From the NCBI GenBank assembly GCA_963833985.1, contig CAWIAD010000002.1, forward strand, positions 4,256,001 through 4,320,000: DNA of 64,000 nucleotides, written 5' to 3'. Shown here in pieces: positions 43,128 to 54,774 of the stretch (the first letter of the stretch is position 1; every line of letters starts with the position of its first letter). The position numbers and the translations under genes were made by a program. This DNA is from an uncultured Planctomycetaceae bacterium. Lineage in GTDB: Bacteria; Planctomycetota; Planctomycetia; Isosphaerales; Isosphaeraceae. Under the pieces are notes generated by a model. The model ran no database searches. It was not told the DNA's origin and saw only the letters and a list, made by a program, of their open reading frames with translations.

Positions 43128-45381
43128 TCAAACCTCGGCGGCGAGCGTTTCGTCCTTGGCTTCCTCGGCGACAGGCCGCCTGGCGATCATGGCGACGAGC
43201 AGAAGCGCCAGCGCGAGCCCGCCAAAAAGCCAGGCCACGCCCAGGCGGTAACCTGGCTCGCCGCCGTCCGGCGAGGGGAGCGAGAAATCGACGTACTGAC
43301 CCACCTTTTCAAAGACGACCAGCAGGGCGATGATGATGCCCGCCAGTGAGCCGCCGGCGATCAGTCCCGTGGACATCATGGTTCCGGCGCTCATGTCGGA
43401 CTCTTCGGGCGTGAACTTGCGCAGACGGTCGACCACCAGGCGGATGAGACCGCCCACGAAGATGGGCAGCGTGGTGGAAAGCGGCAGATAGACTCCCACG
43501 GCGAAGGCCAGCGCGGAGACGCCCGCAAGCTGCACCACGATCGCGAGCACGACACCCAGGATGACCAGGCCCCAGGGCAGGTCGCCCTTCATGATGCCGT
43601 CGATGATCGTGGCGAACAGCCGCGGCTGGGGCGGGTTGAACTTCTTGAGCGGTGCCCCGGTGCTGGAATAGTTCAGCCGGCCGCCGATGCCGGGATCTTT
43701 CAGGTATCGCGCCGTGCCGGTCTCATCGACCAGGTACTTGCCGGGCAAGACACCGTTCTCAGGATTGACCACCCACCAGACCTTGTAGGCCTGGCCGTCC
43801 TTGCCGATGTCGGTCTCGGTCAGCTTCGAGACGTCGGCCTTCACCGAGGGGAGGTCCTCAGCCTTGTCGGTGACGGTCGTGTATGCGTTATTGAGCGCCA
43901 GCAGCGTGCCGCCCATGACGATCGCCGACACCAGGGCGCCCACCAGGATGGAGACTTGCTGCTTCCAGGGCGTGGCACCCACGAGGTACCCGGTCTTCAG
44001 GTCCTGCGAGGTGGTTCCCCCGTTGGACGAGGCGATGCACACCACGCCGGCGATGGACAGGGCCACCAGGCGATACTGGGGTCCCACCCAACCCAGGAGC
44101 ACGAAGATCAGACACGTCAGCAGCAGGGTGGCGATGGTCATCCCCGAGATCGGGTTCGATGACGAGCCAATGACACCGGTGATCCGCGAGCCTCACGGTC
44201 ACGAACAGGAAGCCAAACAGGACAATCATCACGGCGCCGATGATCCGGCCCGGGGTATCGGTCGGGATCAGGTTCGACACCGCGATGGCCGCGACCAGGC
44301 CAAGGCACCCCAGCAGCACCAGCGACATGGGAATATCGCGGTCGGTCCTGGGGTGGCTTGTCTCGTTCTCGGCCTCGAAGGTCGTTGCGTCCGCGCGCTT
44401 CGGACCTCCCAGGGCCCGAAAGCTCTCGCGGATTGAGCCGAAGATGAGCGGCAGGGCGTTAAGCATGCTGAGGATGCCACCCGCGGCCACGGCCCCCGCG
44501 CCGATGTAACGCACGTACTGGCTGGAGATCTGCCCGGCACTCATGGCGCTGATGCGCTGCTGCCCGGGCGGCAAGACGCCGGTGAGGCCGTCGCCGAAGT
44601 AGGCGATCATCGGCACGAAGAGCAGGGCCGACAGCATCCCGCCGCCCACGATCACCGAGGCGATCCGCGGCCCGATGATGTAGCCCACTCCCAGGAGTGC
44701 GGGGGCCGGCTCCAGCGAGACAACGGCCTTGTTGTAGCCCTTGATGCCGGTGATCGGCTGATCCAGCTCGCTCGACCAGAGCTTGAACCCTTGCATCAGT
44801 ACCTGATAGACAAAGCCCAGCCCGAAGCCCAGGAACACCGTCTTTGCGTTCGAACCGCCGTGCTCGCCCGCGATCAGCACCTTCGCACAGGCGGTACCCT
44901 CGGGGTACGGCAGGGAGCCATGCTGCTTGACAATGAACGCTCTGCGCAGGGGGATCATCATGAGGATGCCCAGGAGCCCGCCCAGGACCGCCACGAGCAT
45001 GACCCGCGTCCACTCCAGTTCGTACCCCAGAAGCATGAGCGCGGGCATCGCCGCGCCCACGCCGAAGGCGATCGACTCGCCGGCCGAGCCGGCCGTCTGT
45101 ACGATGTTGTTCTCCAGGATCGTGGCCGACCGGGTGCCGAACGCCCGCGAGAGTCCGCGAAAGATGGTGATCGCCAGCACAGCGACCGGGATCGACGCGG
45201 AGACCGTCATTCCCACCTTCAGGAACAGGTAGAGCGACGAGGCGCCGAAGACCACTCCGAGAACCGAGCCGAGAAACACGGCGGAGAGCGATAATTCGAT
45301 GAGCTGCGCGGAGGGCGGCACGTAAGGCTGGAAAACTGGTTCCTTGACCGGGCCAGACGCACTGGTCTCGGGGGTCGCCAT
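43128..45381 (-). CDS. OPT family oligopeptide transporter; +1 frameshift near 44191
   Basis: YLFLKVGMTVSASIP, ENNIVQT.GSAGES, YPEGTACA, SSSNPISGMTIAT (across the shift), TSQDLKTG.LVGATP, AVGVYLP. Confidence 0.93.
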
Positions 45382-45423
45382 GGGCTGGGACTCTCCATCA
45401 CGTGAGGACGCGTGGTTCCTGGA

Positions 45424-45489
45424 AGGCGGAAGAACTGCTGCGGGTCAGTCAGGTTCAGGCGGAGGTACTGCTGCGGGTCAGTCAGGTTC
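45424..45489. repeat. 33-bp tandem duplication (2 copies, 2 mismatches)
   Basis: AGGCGGAAGAACTGCTGCGGGTCAGTCAGGTTC / AGGCGGAGGTACTGCTGCGGGTCAGTCAGGTTC. Confidence 0.85.
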
Positions 45490-46150
45490 AGAGGGTGCCC
45501 GCCGCCGTCATCGCCGGGTGCAAGGGGCCCATCATGGGGCCGCGTTTCACCTCGGAAAGCCGGTTGACGATGTCTCGGAGCACGTCGATCATGCACTGGC
45601 CGGCTTCGATGTTGTAGATCAGCTCTCGGGGGTAGAAGCTCAGGGTCTTGTAGGTATCCTCGTAGTAGGTGGCAAGCCGGCGGCGGATGACCTCCTCGTT
45701 CATATCGTCGAGCCGGTTTTCCCGCAGGGCGCGGACCTTCAGGCGCTCCATGGCGAGCTTCGTGTCCTGGATCTGGAGGTGGAAGATCTGGACGACGTCC
45801 AGTACGCTGTCGAGCATCTCCGCCTGCGGATAACTGCGGGGCAGGCCGTCCAGGATGAGCGTGTGCTGTTCCGGCAGCATGACCTCCTGCATTTCCATGA
45901 TGTGCAGATGCCGCTTGAAGATACGGACGGTCAGCTCATCGGGAACCATGAGGCCCTGCGAGGTATACTGTTCGATCTCGCGGCCGATCCGCCCGTATTT
46001 CGGGATCTTCCGGAAGATGTCCCCCATGGAGATGTGAATCAGGTCGGGAAGCTGGCCGAGCACTGCGCCCTGGGTTCCCTTGCCGCTGCCCGGCATGCCG
46101 AAGAGCAGGTAGGTGCGGTACCTGGTGGAATACTCGTCCATGGGTTCCAT
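45488..46150 (-). CDS. adenylate kinase family (short-LID NMP kinase)
   Basis: GMPGSGKGTQ, HISMGDIFR, G.MVPDE, LDGLPR...QA, R.DD.NEEVIRRRL..Y. Confidence 0.88.
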   Translation of the reverse strand: MEPMDEYSTRYRTYLLFGMPGSGKGTQGAVLGQLPDLIHISMGDIFRKIPKYGRIGREIEQYTSQGLMVPDELTVRIFKRHLHIMEMQEVMLPEQHTLILDGLPRSYPQAEMLDSVLDVVQIFHLQIQDTKLAMERLKVRALRENRLDDMNEEVIRRRLATYYEDTYKTLSFYPRELIYNIEAGQCMIDVLRDIVNRLSEVKRGPMMGPLHPAMTAAGTL

Positions 46151-46370
46151 TCTCCCTGAGTTGGCGCTCATGGTATCACCTATTTCGCGAAAACGCGGGA
46201 CAGCATTCCTCGACGTTACCAGACGAGACGCAACCAAACCAGACAACCCGGACGAGCATGTTGCACCGTCTGGGCGGGAACTTCAACGTTTCGGGACCTG
46301 CGGCGGTCCCTGGTCGTCGTGACAGCTTGATACTTCATGTCTCTCATAGAGATCGGTCCGGAGCAAGCCC

Positions 46371-47000
46371 TTGCAGGAAACACGGCTGTTGTTGATCCGC
46401 CACGCGGAGACCTCCGCACCGGATGTCTTCCACGGCGCGGAGTCTGATGTCGGCCTGAGTGCCTGGGGTGAGCACCAGGCCCGGCGGCTGGCCGAGATTC
46501 TCCAAGGCGAATGCGTGCAAGCCGTCTACAGTTCGGCCCTGCGCCGGGCCGCATCCACGGTGCAGCCCATCGCCGCGGCCTGCGGGCTGAAGCCGGTGAT
46601 CGTGCCGGTGCTGCACGAGCGAAGCATCGGGCCACTCTCCGGCCTCAGCCGCCAGGAGGGCTGGGAAACCTATGCTGAATCGAAACGCCGCTGGATGGCC
46701 GGCGACCTCGAATTCACCCACCCCGGAGGCGAATCGTTCTCCGACATCCGCGGTCGCGTCGTGCCGGTCATCGAAGAGCTGGTCGATCGCCATCCGGCGG
46801 AAACCCTGGTGGTCGTGGCGCACGGTATCGTGATCCGCGTCGCGCTCTTGAGCCTGCTTCCCGGCCTGGAACCCGCCGACTTCGACCGCGTCGCCATCGA
46901 CTTTGCCTCGATCAACGACCTGCGCTGGGACGGCGGACGATGGCACGCCCACGCGCTGAACCGGCTCGTCGCACCCTCGCCGGCGAAGCCGGTGGCATGA
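46371..47000 (+). CDS. histidine phosphatase (phosphoglycerate mutase-like) family
   Basis: LIRHAET, VYSSALRRA, LHERSIG, GGES, VVAHG. Confidence 0.9.
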   Translation: MQETRLLLIRHAETSAPDVFHGAESDVGLSAWGEHQARRLAEILQGECVQAVYSSALRRAASTVQPIAAACGLKPVIVPVLHERSIGPLSGLSRQEGWETYAESKRRWMAGDLEFTHPGGESFSDIRGRVVPVIEELVDRHPAETLVVVAHGIVIRVALLSLLPGLEPADFDRVAIDFASINDLRWDGGRWHAHALNRLVAPSPAKPVA

Positions 47001-47073
47001 GGCATGCGCAGAAGGGGGTCATACTCGAGGCATTTCAAGGGCTTGCCTTCGGCTCCATGGTTCGGAACGCGCT

Positions 47074-47502
47074 CTAGGCGTCTCCCTTCCCGCCACCTTG
47101 CGTATCCGGGGCGGAGGCAGGCAACTGGCGTTGTCGGCAGCGGTAGCAGAGCCAGCGATAACGCCACCCTGCCCTGTAGAGCCGCAGCGGATACACTTGC
47201 CCGCAGGCCTGGCAAGGAGCGCGCAGCACACGATCCTGACGCTTCTCCGTTTCCGGAAGCGCCGCGGTTTCATCCCTGGGAGGCGCTGGCTGGGAAGGGG
47301 ACTGCTCGATCTCCCCGAGCAGGTCCTCGACCTCCTGGATGCGCGACTTCAGGAGTGCAAGGCTCTCCCGGGCCTGAGACATCTCTCCCGAGGGAATACA
47401 CCGTTGCATCGCGCTGGAGAGCCGGTCGACTTCCTGGTTCAGCAAGGCGACGGCTTTCTCCTCCAGCAATCTTCGATCAGGGCTCGCCGATGCGCCTGGC
47501 AT
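47074..47502 (-). CDS. hypothetical protein: coiled coil plus C-terminal CxxC...CxxC zinc ribbon
   Basis: RBS AAAGGCGG; CQACGQ...WLCYRCR. Confidence 0.6.
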   Translation of the reverse strand: MPGASASPDRRLLEEKAVALLNQEVDRLSSAMQRCIPSGEMSQARESLALLKSRIQEVEDLLGEIEQSPSQPAPPRDETAALPETEKRQDRVLRAPCQACGQVYPLRLYRAGWRYRWLCYRCRQRQLPASAPDTQGGGKGDA

Positions 47503-47871
47503 ACGACCGCCTTTCTGGTTCCGACTCCGTAGCAAGACGGAGAATCTGCGCCGCTCCGTACCCTCATCCGTGAAAATACCACTCCATGACCCGCTCCGCC
47601 AGCGCCGCACGGAGACTTACGGACCAAGGCACCACGCAGCCTCGAGCGGTTCATCCATCGCCCGTCGTGTCGCACCGGTGCTGGAGCGATTGCACGATTC
47701 TCGCGTCCTCGCCTGCAAGGCCGATGGAGTAGAAAGGCACACAACCGCCCCGGTCGCAGCCTCTCATGAAGATTTGAAGATCCGGAAAAGTCTCCTTGAC
47801 CACCCCCCCGATGCACATAATGCGTCCGGTTCACGACCCAGGCGCGAGTGAGTGATTGGAGAGGATTCGAT

Positions 47872-48915
47872 ATGGGATGGATCTGTCGGCGACTGACCCT
47901 CTGGTCTCTCGCGTTCGCGTTCGCGTTCGTGCCCGCAGGCGCCGCCGCGGACGTGACGCGCGACCAGATTGTCTCCCACTGGAAGGCGTACTGGGCCGCG
48001 ATCGAGAACGTCGAGGTCGAATGCGATGAATTCGTGGTTCGTGACGGCGCACTTGAGAAAGACCCCTCCTTTCCCCTCATGCAATACTCCCTCGTCCTCG
48101 GCTCACGCGCGAGGAGGGCCATCAGGGGAACAGCCACCAACAGCGACGGGACTCGGTGGAGGCCCTTCGACGTCAGGGAGGATGGCCGGCAGACCTGCGA
48201 TATCGAGCCGTTCAGGGACGATCTGGATTCCACCAACGTCCTCGTTTTGCGTCCCCAGTCGAGCACCAGTTCCGTCTACCAGGGGCCGATGTGCGCGTGG
48301 CTCTGGCTCATGAGGCCGGGCGGCAAGACTCTGGAGGGCTTGCTCGCGGGCGGCGGATCTCTGGAGCTTTCCCGCGGCTCCAAGGAAGTCCGCCTCGTTT
48401 TCGATCACAAGGGCGCTCGAAAGACCTGCGAGCTTGATCCGGACCACGACTGGCTGCCGGGGAGATTGCGCATGCCCGATGGCATGGTCTTGTGCGAGGC
48501 AACCCGCTTCACCCGCGAGCGAGGGCTTTACTTTCCCGTTGAAGGCATTCAGGCCATGCCCCCGTCCGGACAAAAACAAAAGTTGATGATGCGAATTCAT
48601 GTCAACCGTATCCAGCTCAACGCGCCGCTGCCCGCGTCCCGATTTTTGGCGCCGGCCCCTCCACCGGGAACGCTGATCCACGATGAGATTCGGAAGACGT
48701 CATGGTATCAGGGCGGGGACGAGGCCAGGCTCAAGGCTGAGAAGCTCCACCACGTCGATTCGAAGTCGGCGACGAACGCTGCAAAGGTCACCGCCTCGGT
48801 CGATCCTCCGGCCTCACCCTGGTTTCGGCCTCTGGTGGCATTCGCTGTCGGTTCCTTCGCCGTCGCCCTGTTTCTGCGGGTTCGGTCGTACCGGGCCGGC
48901 CGGGCAACGGCGTGA
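47872..48915 (+). CDS. hypothetical exported protein with C-terminal membrane anchor
   Basis: Signal peptide ...VPAGAAA; LDPDHDWLP..L; C-terminal TM LVAFAVGSFAVALFL plus basic tail. Confidence 0.7.
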   Translation: MGWICRRLTLWSLAFAFAFVPAGAAADVTRDQIVSHWKAYWAAIENVEVECDEFVVRDGALEKDPSFPLMQYSLVLGSRARRAIRGTATNSDGTRWRPFDVREDGRQTCDIEPFRDDLDSTNVLVLRPQSSTSSVYQGPMCAWLWLMRPGGKTLEGLLAGGGSLELSRGSKEVRLVFDHKGARKTCELDPDHDWLPGRLRMPDGMVLCEATRFTRERGLYFPVEGIQAMPPSGQKQKLMMRIHVNRIQLNAPLPASRFLAPAPPPGTLIHDEIRKTSWYQGGDEARLKAEKLHHVDSKSATNAAKVTASVDPPASPWFRPLVAFAVGSFAVALFLRVRSYRAGRATA

Positions 48916-48931
48916 TCCTCTCATCAGAAAG

Positions 48932-49360
48932 ATGAACACCATGGACACTCTCTCGAACGCGGCTTTCCTCCGGCACCTTCGGCGGCTCGCCTTTTCCTCC
49001 GGGATCGTTACGTCCCTGCTGGCCGCCGCTCACTCGAACGCGGGCTCGGTCTATTACCCGAAGAAATCCTGCCAGGTGGATATGAACCTTCCCAACCAGT
49101 GCGAGTCCGGGAACGGCGCGGGGTGCCCGACCGACCCGGGACAACAATTTACCAGTTATTACTGTTCCTCCTACATTTATCCAGGTGACTGCAACACTAC
49201 GGGGGGCGGCTGCACGGTGTACACGTCGGGGTCGTCGTGCGGCACCAGGACGTGGTGCTTCAATGGACTACCATGGAACGGCACAAATCCACCCGCGGGC
49301 CAGTGCACCGGAGATCCTCAGAATTGCAAGAGTACGACCAATTCGGGCGGTGGAAACTGA
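48932..49360 (+). CDS. small secreted Cys-rich protein (10 Cys)
   Basis: Signal peptide ending AHSNA; mature region rich in C/G/T/N/Y. Confidence 0.7.
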   Translation: MNTMDTLSNAAFLRHLRRLAFSSGIVTSLLAAAHSNAGSVYYPKKSCQVDMNLPNQCESGNGAGCPTDPGQQFTSYYCSSYIYPGDCNTTGGGCTVYTSGSSCGTRTWCFNGLPWNGTNPPAGQCTGDPQNCKSTTNSGGGN

Positions 49361-49426
49361 GTTCTTTCACAGGGTGCGTCTGGCCGCCTCATGGACGCTG
49401 CCTGACAAAGTATAAGGAGGCACGGC

Positions 49427-50438
49427 ATGAGAAGAGCCAAGGCGACCCGGGGCTTCACGCTCATCGAGATGCTGGTCGTGATGGGCGTGGTTGGCCTGAT
49501 CGCCGCGCTCCTCCTCCCTGCCGTACAGGCGAGCCGGGAAGCCGCCAGGAAGCTCTCGTGCGGCAATAACGTGAAGCAGGTATGCCTGGCGCTGCACGCG
49601 TACCAGGGGGCGGTGGGCAGGTTTCCCCCGGCGATCAGTAAGGGTGGGGATGGCTTCTACAATGGTCTCTACGTGGACAAGCAATTCTCCATGATCGCCG
49701 CCGTCCTGCCCTACCTCGATCAGCAACCACTGTTCAGTTCCATCAACTTCTCGTCGTACATCGCGGACCCGTACGACCCGAGGTACCAGATGGACCTGTC
49801 GTCGAACGCGACCGCGATGGGAACGGTGCTAGAAATCCTCCTCTGCCCATCGGACCCCGCGCCGCCCATGGGACCAAAGTCAACGGCCGGGACCAACATC
49901 CGCGCGAACATGGGTTCCGAGCGTTGGGGCTACTGGGTCGGCCCGAAGTGGGCAAAGGAGGGTCCCTTCGACGCACCGGTATCCGCAACCATCGACGGCC
50001 TGAGACTCGACGGCCATGGTTTGTGAAAAGCTGCGGAGCTCGGCCGACGAGACCCAGTTCGATCCCCGGACCGGCGCGATCGTCGGCGGGCTTGGCCTGC
50101 CCTATACGATTCAACAATCCATCGACGATTGTGCCTCGCTCCAGCGAACGCCCGGCGGAATTCGCACCCAGGCGGGGCTCTGCTGGCTCGTCGGCACTCT
50201 TTCCAATGCGTCTTACAACCATACGATCGCTCCCAACAACTCGCTGCCCGACTGCCAGTTGCCCGCCCTGCACCCGAGCGGCGGTTGCTTCGGGGCGCGC
50301 AGCAACCATCCCGGGATCGTGAATCTAGGTATGGCGGACGGTTCCGTCCGCGTGGTGAGGAACGGTGTCGACCCAGCGGTGTGGCTGGGTCTGGGGACCC
50401 GCGCCAGTGGGGAGATGATCTCCGCCAACCAGTATTGA
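49427..50438 (+). CDS. DUF1559 prepilin-type protein; +1 frameshift near 50005
   Basis: GFTLIEMLVV...LPAVQASREAAR; DGLSSTAMVCEK across the shift; ARSNHPGIVNLGMADGSV. Confidence 0.9.
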
Positions 50439-50652
50439 AAGAGGCTCAATTGACGACATCAACAAGCGGCTCGGCGGCCCGGGCCAACTGAAAGGCCATC
50501 ATCGAAGGGCGGGGCTTTTTCTATTCCGGGTGGAGGGCCCACGCTCTCAACCAGGTAGTTGCCTCCTCGCCTGCGAGGCCGGTGGCGTGATCAGGCTGCC
50601 ATGTCGCCGGAGAGGCTGATCCCAGAGACAGGAACCGACCGCCGGGATTATC

Positions 50653-51288
50653 ATGGTCAAGGGGCTCTTCGGACCGGGTCGAGCCGTCCCACTGGAATTC
50701 GTTGCAACAGGGACCGATACGGTGAGAGTCAAATCTCCTCGCTGGACCACCGAGCGATTCAAACTCGCCTCCCAGGCCGGTTGCTTCCACGACATGAAGG
50801 TCGAGCTGGTGGGAGGAAGGCTGGTCGAGATGACGGAGAGTCCCGAGCATCGAAACACCGTGGAAAACATGGCCGAACTGCTCAACGCGGCCGTGGACAG
50901 GGCCAAATGGTACGTTGCCCGCGAATCGTCCGTGGAATTCGATGACTGGACGCCGCTCCCCGATATCGCCGTCTGCCGCGGACCACGCCGGCCGACCTAC
51001 ACGCATCGGGCTCCAGGACCAGAGGACATCGTCCTGCTTGTCGAGGTCTGCCAGTCAACCTACCGTTACGATCGACGAGTCAAACTACCAAGGTACGCCA
51101 GGGCCGGCATTCCACTGGTCTGGATCGTCCATCTGGATCGTCAGGTCATCGAAGTCTATTCGAATCCGCGCGGCAAGGGCTACGCATCCCGCGATGTGTT
51201 CACGGCAGAGGTATCGATCCGGCTGAGAGCCGTCGAACCTCCCGCCCTGATCGATGCCACGATCCCGGTGATCGAGGTCTTGTCTTGA
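50653..51288 (+). CDS. Uma2 family endonuclease-like protein
   Basis: VELVGG.L.EM, P.PDIAV, LLVEV..ST..YDR.VK...YARAGIP.VWIV.L. Confidence 0.88.
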   Translation: MVKGLFGPGRAVPLEFVATGTDTVRVKSPRWTTERFKLASQAGCFHDMKVELVGGRLVEMTESPEHRNTVENMAELLNAAVDRAKWYVARESSVEFDDWTPLPDIAVCRGPRRPTYTHRAPGPEDIVLLVEVCQSTYRYDRRVKLPRYARAGIPLVWIVHLDRQVIEVYSNPRGKGYASRDVFTAEVSIRLRAVEPPALIDATIPVIEVLS

Positions 51289-51442
51289 AGAGAACCAGCA
51301 ACCACCGGGCCTGATCAAAGCAAGGCGTGACCATCTCCACTGAGCCACGATCCCAGCAAGGCCGACCCGCGAGCGCCTACAGAGATTCCGGTGAGATTTC
51401 GCCAGTCATCCAGGTCCAGACACCGTTGACTGTTCTCTTCGA

Positions 51443-53739
51443 CTACGCCGCGGGCTCGGGCGTCAGTTCTGTGCCGTTCTTGAGCGCTTCCCACTCTTCC
51501 CAGCTGTACAGCACCTCGCGCGGTTCGCCCTTCTTGAACTCGCCCACGATGCCGTCCTCGGCCATGAAGTCAATCAACCGCGCGGCGCGGCCGTAGCCGA
51601 TGCCGAGTGCGCGCTGGAGTAGCGAGCAAGATCCGCGGCCCTCGCGGACGACGATCTCGATGGCCGGCTCGTAAAGCTCGTCGCGCTCCTTCAGCCCAGC
51701 GCTGCGGTCCTTGCCGGGGGCACCGCCGCTCACCTGGTGCTGCATCACCTCGCGGCTGAACTCGACCGGATACCGCTCCAGGTACTGGCAGACCCGCTTC
51801 AGCTCGGCATCGGAGACGTAGGTGCCCTGCGAGCGGACGATCTGTGACGTGCCCGGAACCAGGAAGAGCATGTCGCCGTTGCCCAGCAGCCGGTCGGCGC
51901 CGATCTCGTCGAGGATCACCCGCGAGTCGCCCCGGCTGGCCACCTTGAACGAGATCCGGGCAGGCATGTTCCCCTTGATCAGCCCGGTCACCACGTCGAC
52001 CACCGGCTTCTGGGTCGCCAGGATCAGGTGCATACCCACCGCGCGCGAGAGCTGAGCCAGGCGGACGATGTGCTGCTCCACTTCCTTGGCCGCCGTCATC
52101 ATCAGGTCGGCCATCTCGTCGGCCACGATCACGATGTAGGGCATGTGGGTCGGGATGCGCTTCTGCTCCTCCTCATCTTCAGGCCGTACACGCTCCATCA
52201 GCTCGGCCGGGCCAAGCTGGTTGTAGCCCTGGATGTTCCTGACCTCGGCCCTGCGCAACAACTCGTAGCGCTCGTCCATCTTCTCGCAGGCCCAGGCCAG
52301 GATGCTCTCGGCCTTCTTCATATCGGTGACAACGGGGTGCATCAGGTGCGGGATCTTCTTGTACTGCGAAAGCTCCACTTTCTTGGGGTCGATGAGGATC
52401 ATCTTCACCTCGTCGGGCCGCTTGGTCATGAGGATCGACAGGATCATCGCGTTCAGGCAGACCGACTTACCGGTGCCGGTGCTGCCGGCCATGAGCAAGT
52501 GGGGCATGTCGGCCAGGTCGAAGACCATGGGCGTGCCCTTGACGTCCTTGCCCAGGTAAAGCGGTATCTTGGAGGGCTGGGCAACCGTCTCCGCGCTGGA
52601 GATGACCTCGCTCAGGCGAACCACGGCGCGGCGGTCGTTCGGGACCTCGATGCCGACAGTGTTCTTGCCCGGAATGGGCGCCACGATCCGCACGCTGGGT
52701 ACCGCCAGCGCGATCGCCAGGTCATCGGCCAGGCTCATCACCCGGCTGACCCGCAGACCGGCTTCGAGCTCGATCTCGAACTGGGTGATGACCGGTCCGG
52801 TGTCGATCTGCACCACCCGGACCTTGTAGCCAAAATCGAGCAGCGTCCGCTCCAGCAGCATGGCCCTGGCATGGATCTGGCTCTCGTGCTCCTGGATGGC
52901 GAAGGGTGCCGGCGGCTCGAGCAGCGCGCGCGGGGGAAGCTCGAACGGAGCACCCGGCTCGACCGGCGGAAACGCCAGTGCCTCGCGCCTGCGACGGGCT
53001 GGGTCAGAAACGGTCCCCGCGCGGTGGCCGTTCCCGAAGCGGCCTGCGGACCCTGGCCGGCAAAAGCGGTCGGGTCCGGAAGTTCCGCGAGGCGCTTGCC
53101 GGGACCTTTGCCGACGGCCGCGGGTGCAGGCAGCATGCGATCTTCGGCGTGAATCGGTTCCGGCAAGGGCTTGGCAGCACGCCGGCGCGAGCGTCCTTGC
53201 ACCCAGAGGGCGATCTCCCGGATGGGCCAGGTGAAGAGCACGTCATGGCAGAGCACCAGGCCGAAGGCCCCTGCTGAGATCAGCAGCAGGAGCATGCCGT
53301 ACGGGCCGAACTGGTTGAACAGGAAAAGCGATATCAGGGCGCCGCCGTAGCCTCCACTGCCCACGGGTGGGCTGGGGCGGAGCCCCGGCGCGTACTTGTG
53401 AACCAGCGCCGCGGCCACGGCCAGCAGCAGGCCGAACCCCAGAGCGGGCGTGCCACGATCCGCGACCTGACGTCGCGCCGCAACCAAAACGTTCAGCGTC
53501 ACCAGTCCCAGGAACAAGAGCCACGACGACCAACCCATCAGGCTGAAGAGCCCGTGGGCCAGCGTGGCTCCCACCGGCCCGCAGGGGTTCGAGAGCTGGG
53601 GCGACTGGTTGGCCGGCTCCGCCCCCGAACCGGGTGCGTCGGCGGGGTCGTACCCGCCCAGGCTGAGCGCCACGAACACGTTGAACAGCAACAGGATCAG
53701 GGCCGGCGCGAGGCGCAGCAAACGCTGTCGAACAGGCAT
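51443..53739 (-). CDS. ftsK: DNA translocase FtsK/SpoIIIE; one frameshift between about 52980 and 53150
   Basis: 4TM N-domain (NPCGPVGA); GPVITQFE, PHLLMAGSTGTGKSV, DEMADLMM, HLILATQ.P; gamma domain LQRAL.IGY.RAAR. Confidence 0.93.
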
Positions 53740-53892
53740 GGAACCCCCCCGGTGGGCAAGCGCGGGCGGGGCGCGGCCGGCAGCATCACCCAGGGGCGCA
53801 GTCCCGCACTGGCCTCCTTTCTTTTCGTCCGGAGGGTCAGCGTCCCTTGCGTTGCGGATGGCCGGTTCCCGGGCGGGGCCGGCCGGGCCTGC

Positions 53893-54165
53893 TCATTCTG
53901 TGGACTGGGTAAGATCCACGGTGCCGCCGTCGCTCTCCAGGTCCTCGGTCGCCTCGTTCGTCTGGACCTTGCCCGACATGTCCAGGTAAATCTTGTCCTG
54001 CATGATCTCCTGGATCACCATCGTCATCTTGTCCACGCCGCGCCCGTCCACCAGGGCCCGCGCCCCCTGGTTCAGTGCAATCATCCGCTTCTGGATCAAG
54101 GTGGAGAGCTTGAAGCGCCCTCCCACCTTGTTGACAATCTCTTCTTCCTTCAGCTCATCGATCAT
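53893..54165 (-). CDS. rpoZ: RNA polymerase omega subunit
   Basis: [18 protein letters not shown]; immediately downstream of gmk. Confidence 0.85.
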   Translation of the reverse strand: MIDELKEEEIVNKVGGRFKLSTLIQKRMIALNQGARALVDGRGVDKMTMVIQEIMQDKIYLDMSGKVQTNEATEDLESDGGTVDLTQSTE

Positions 54166-54774
54166 GGCCGATCAACCCTCCACAATGGTTTTCCGAGAGA
54201 ATGCACGCCAGCTCGTCCACCGAGCGATCCAGATCATCGTTGGTCATATGAACATCATAGCAATCTGCCAGCTCGATTTCGCGGCGCGCGCCGCCAGCCG
54301 GCGCTGGATGGATGCCTCGTCGTCGGTGCCCCGCGCCCGCAGACGCTCTTCCAGGACATCCATCCCCGGCGCCCGCACGAACACCAGCAAGGCGCTGGGG
54401 ACCTTCTGCCGGACCTGAATGCCCCCCTGCACGTCGATCACCAGGATCACGCAGGTGCCTTGCTTCAGGGCCTCACGAACCGGCCCGGCCGGCGTCCCGT
54501 AGCTGTGGCCGTGCACCTCGGCCGATTCCAGGAGCTGGTCGCGGATCTGCTCGAACTCGGGCCTCGAGAGAAAGACATAATCCCGGCCGGATTGCTCGCC
54601 GGGACGGGGAGGCCGGGTGGTGGCGGAGACGGAGACCTGGAGCCGCAAGCCCGGCTTTTCAAGCAGGCGCTGGACCAGCGTGCTCTTGCCCGACCCCGAG
54701 GGACCCGAGAGAACGATCAGCCGTCCGGGAAGTTTGGACCAGTCCAGCTCCTGCACCGCGTCCCCCGCCGTCAT
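54155..54774 (-). CDS. gmk: guanylate kinase; -1 frameshift near 54288
   Basis: [37 protein letters not shown]; shifted frame ARREIE...NDDL ends overlapping rpoZ. Confidence 0.93.

Noticed and set aside
47796..47821. Poly-C tract between TTGACC and CATAAT as a phase-variable promoter
   Set aside because: Spacer is only 14 bp, and homopolymer length is unreliable in this assembly.
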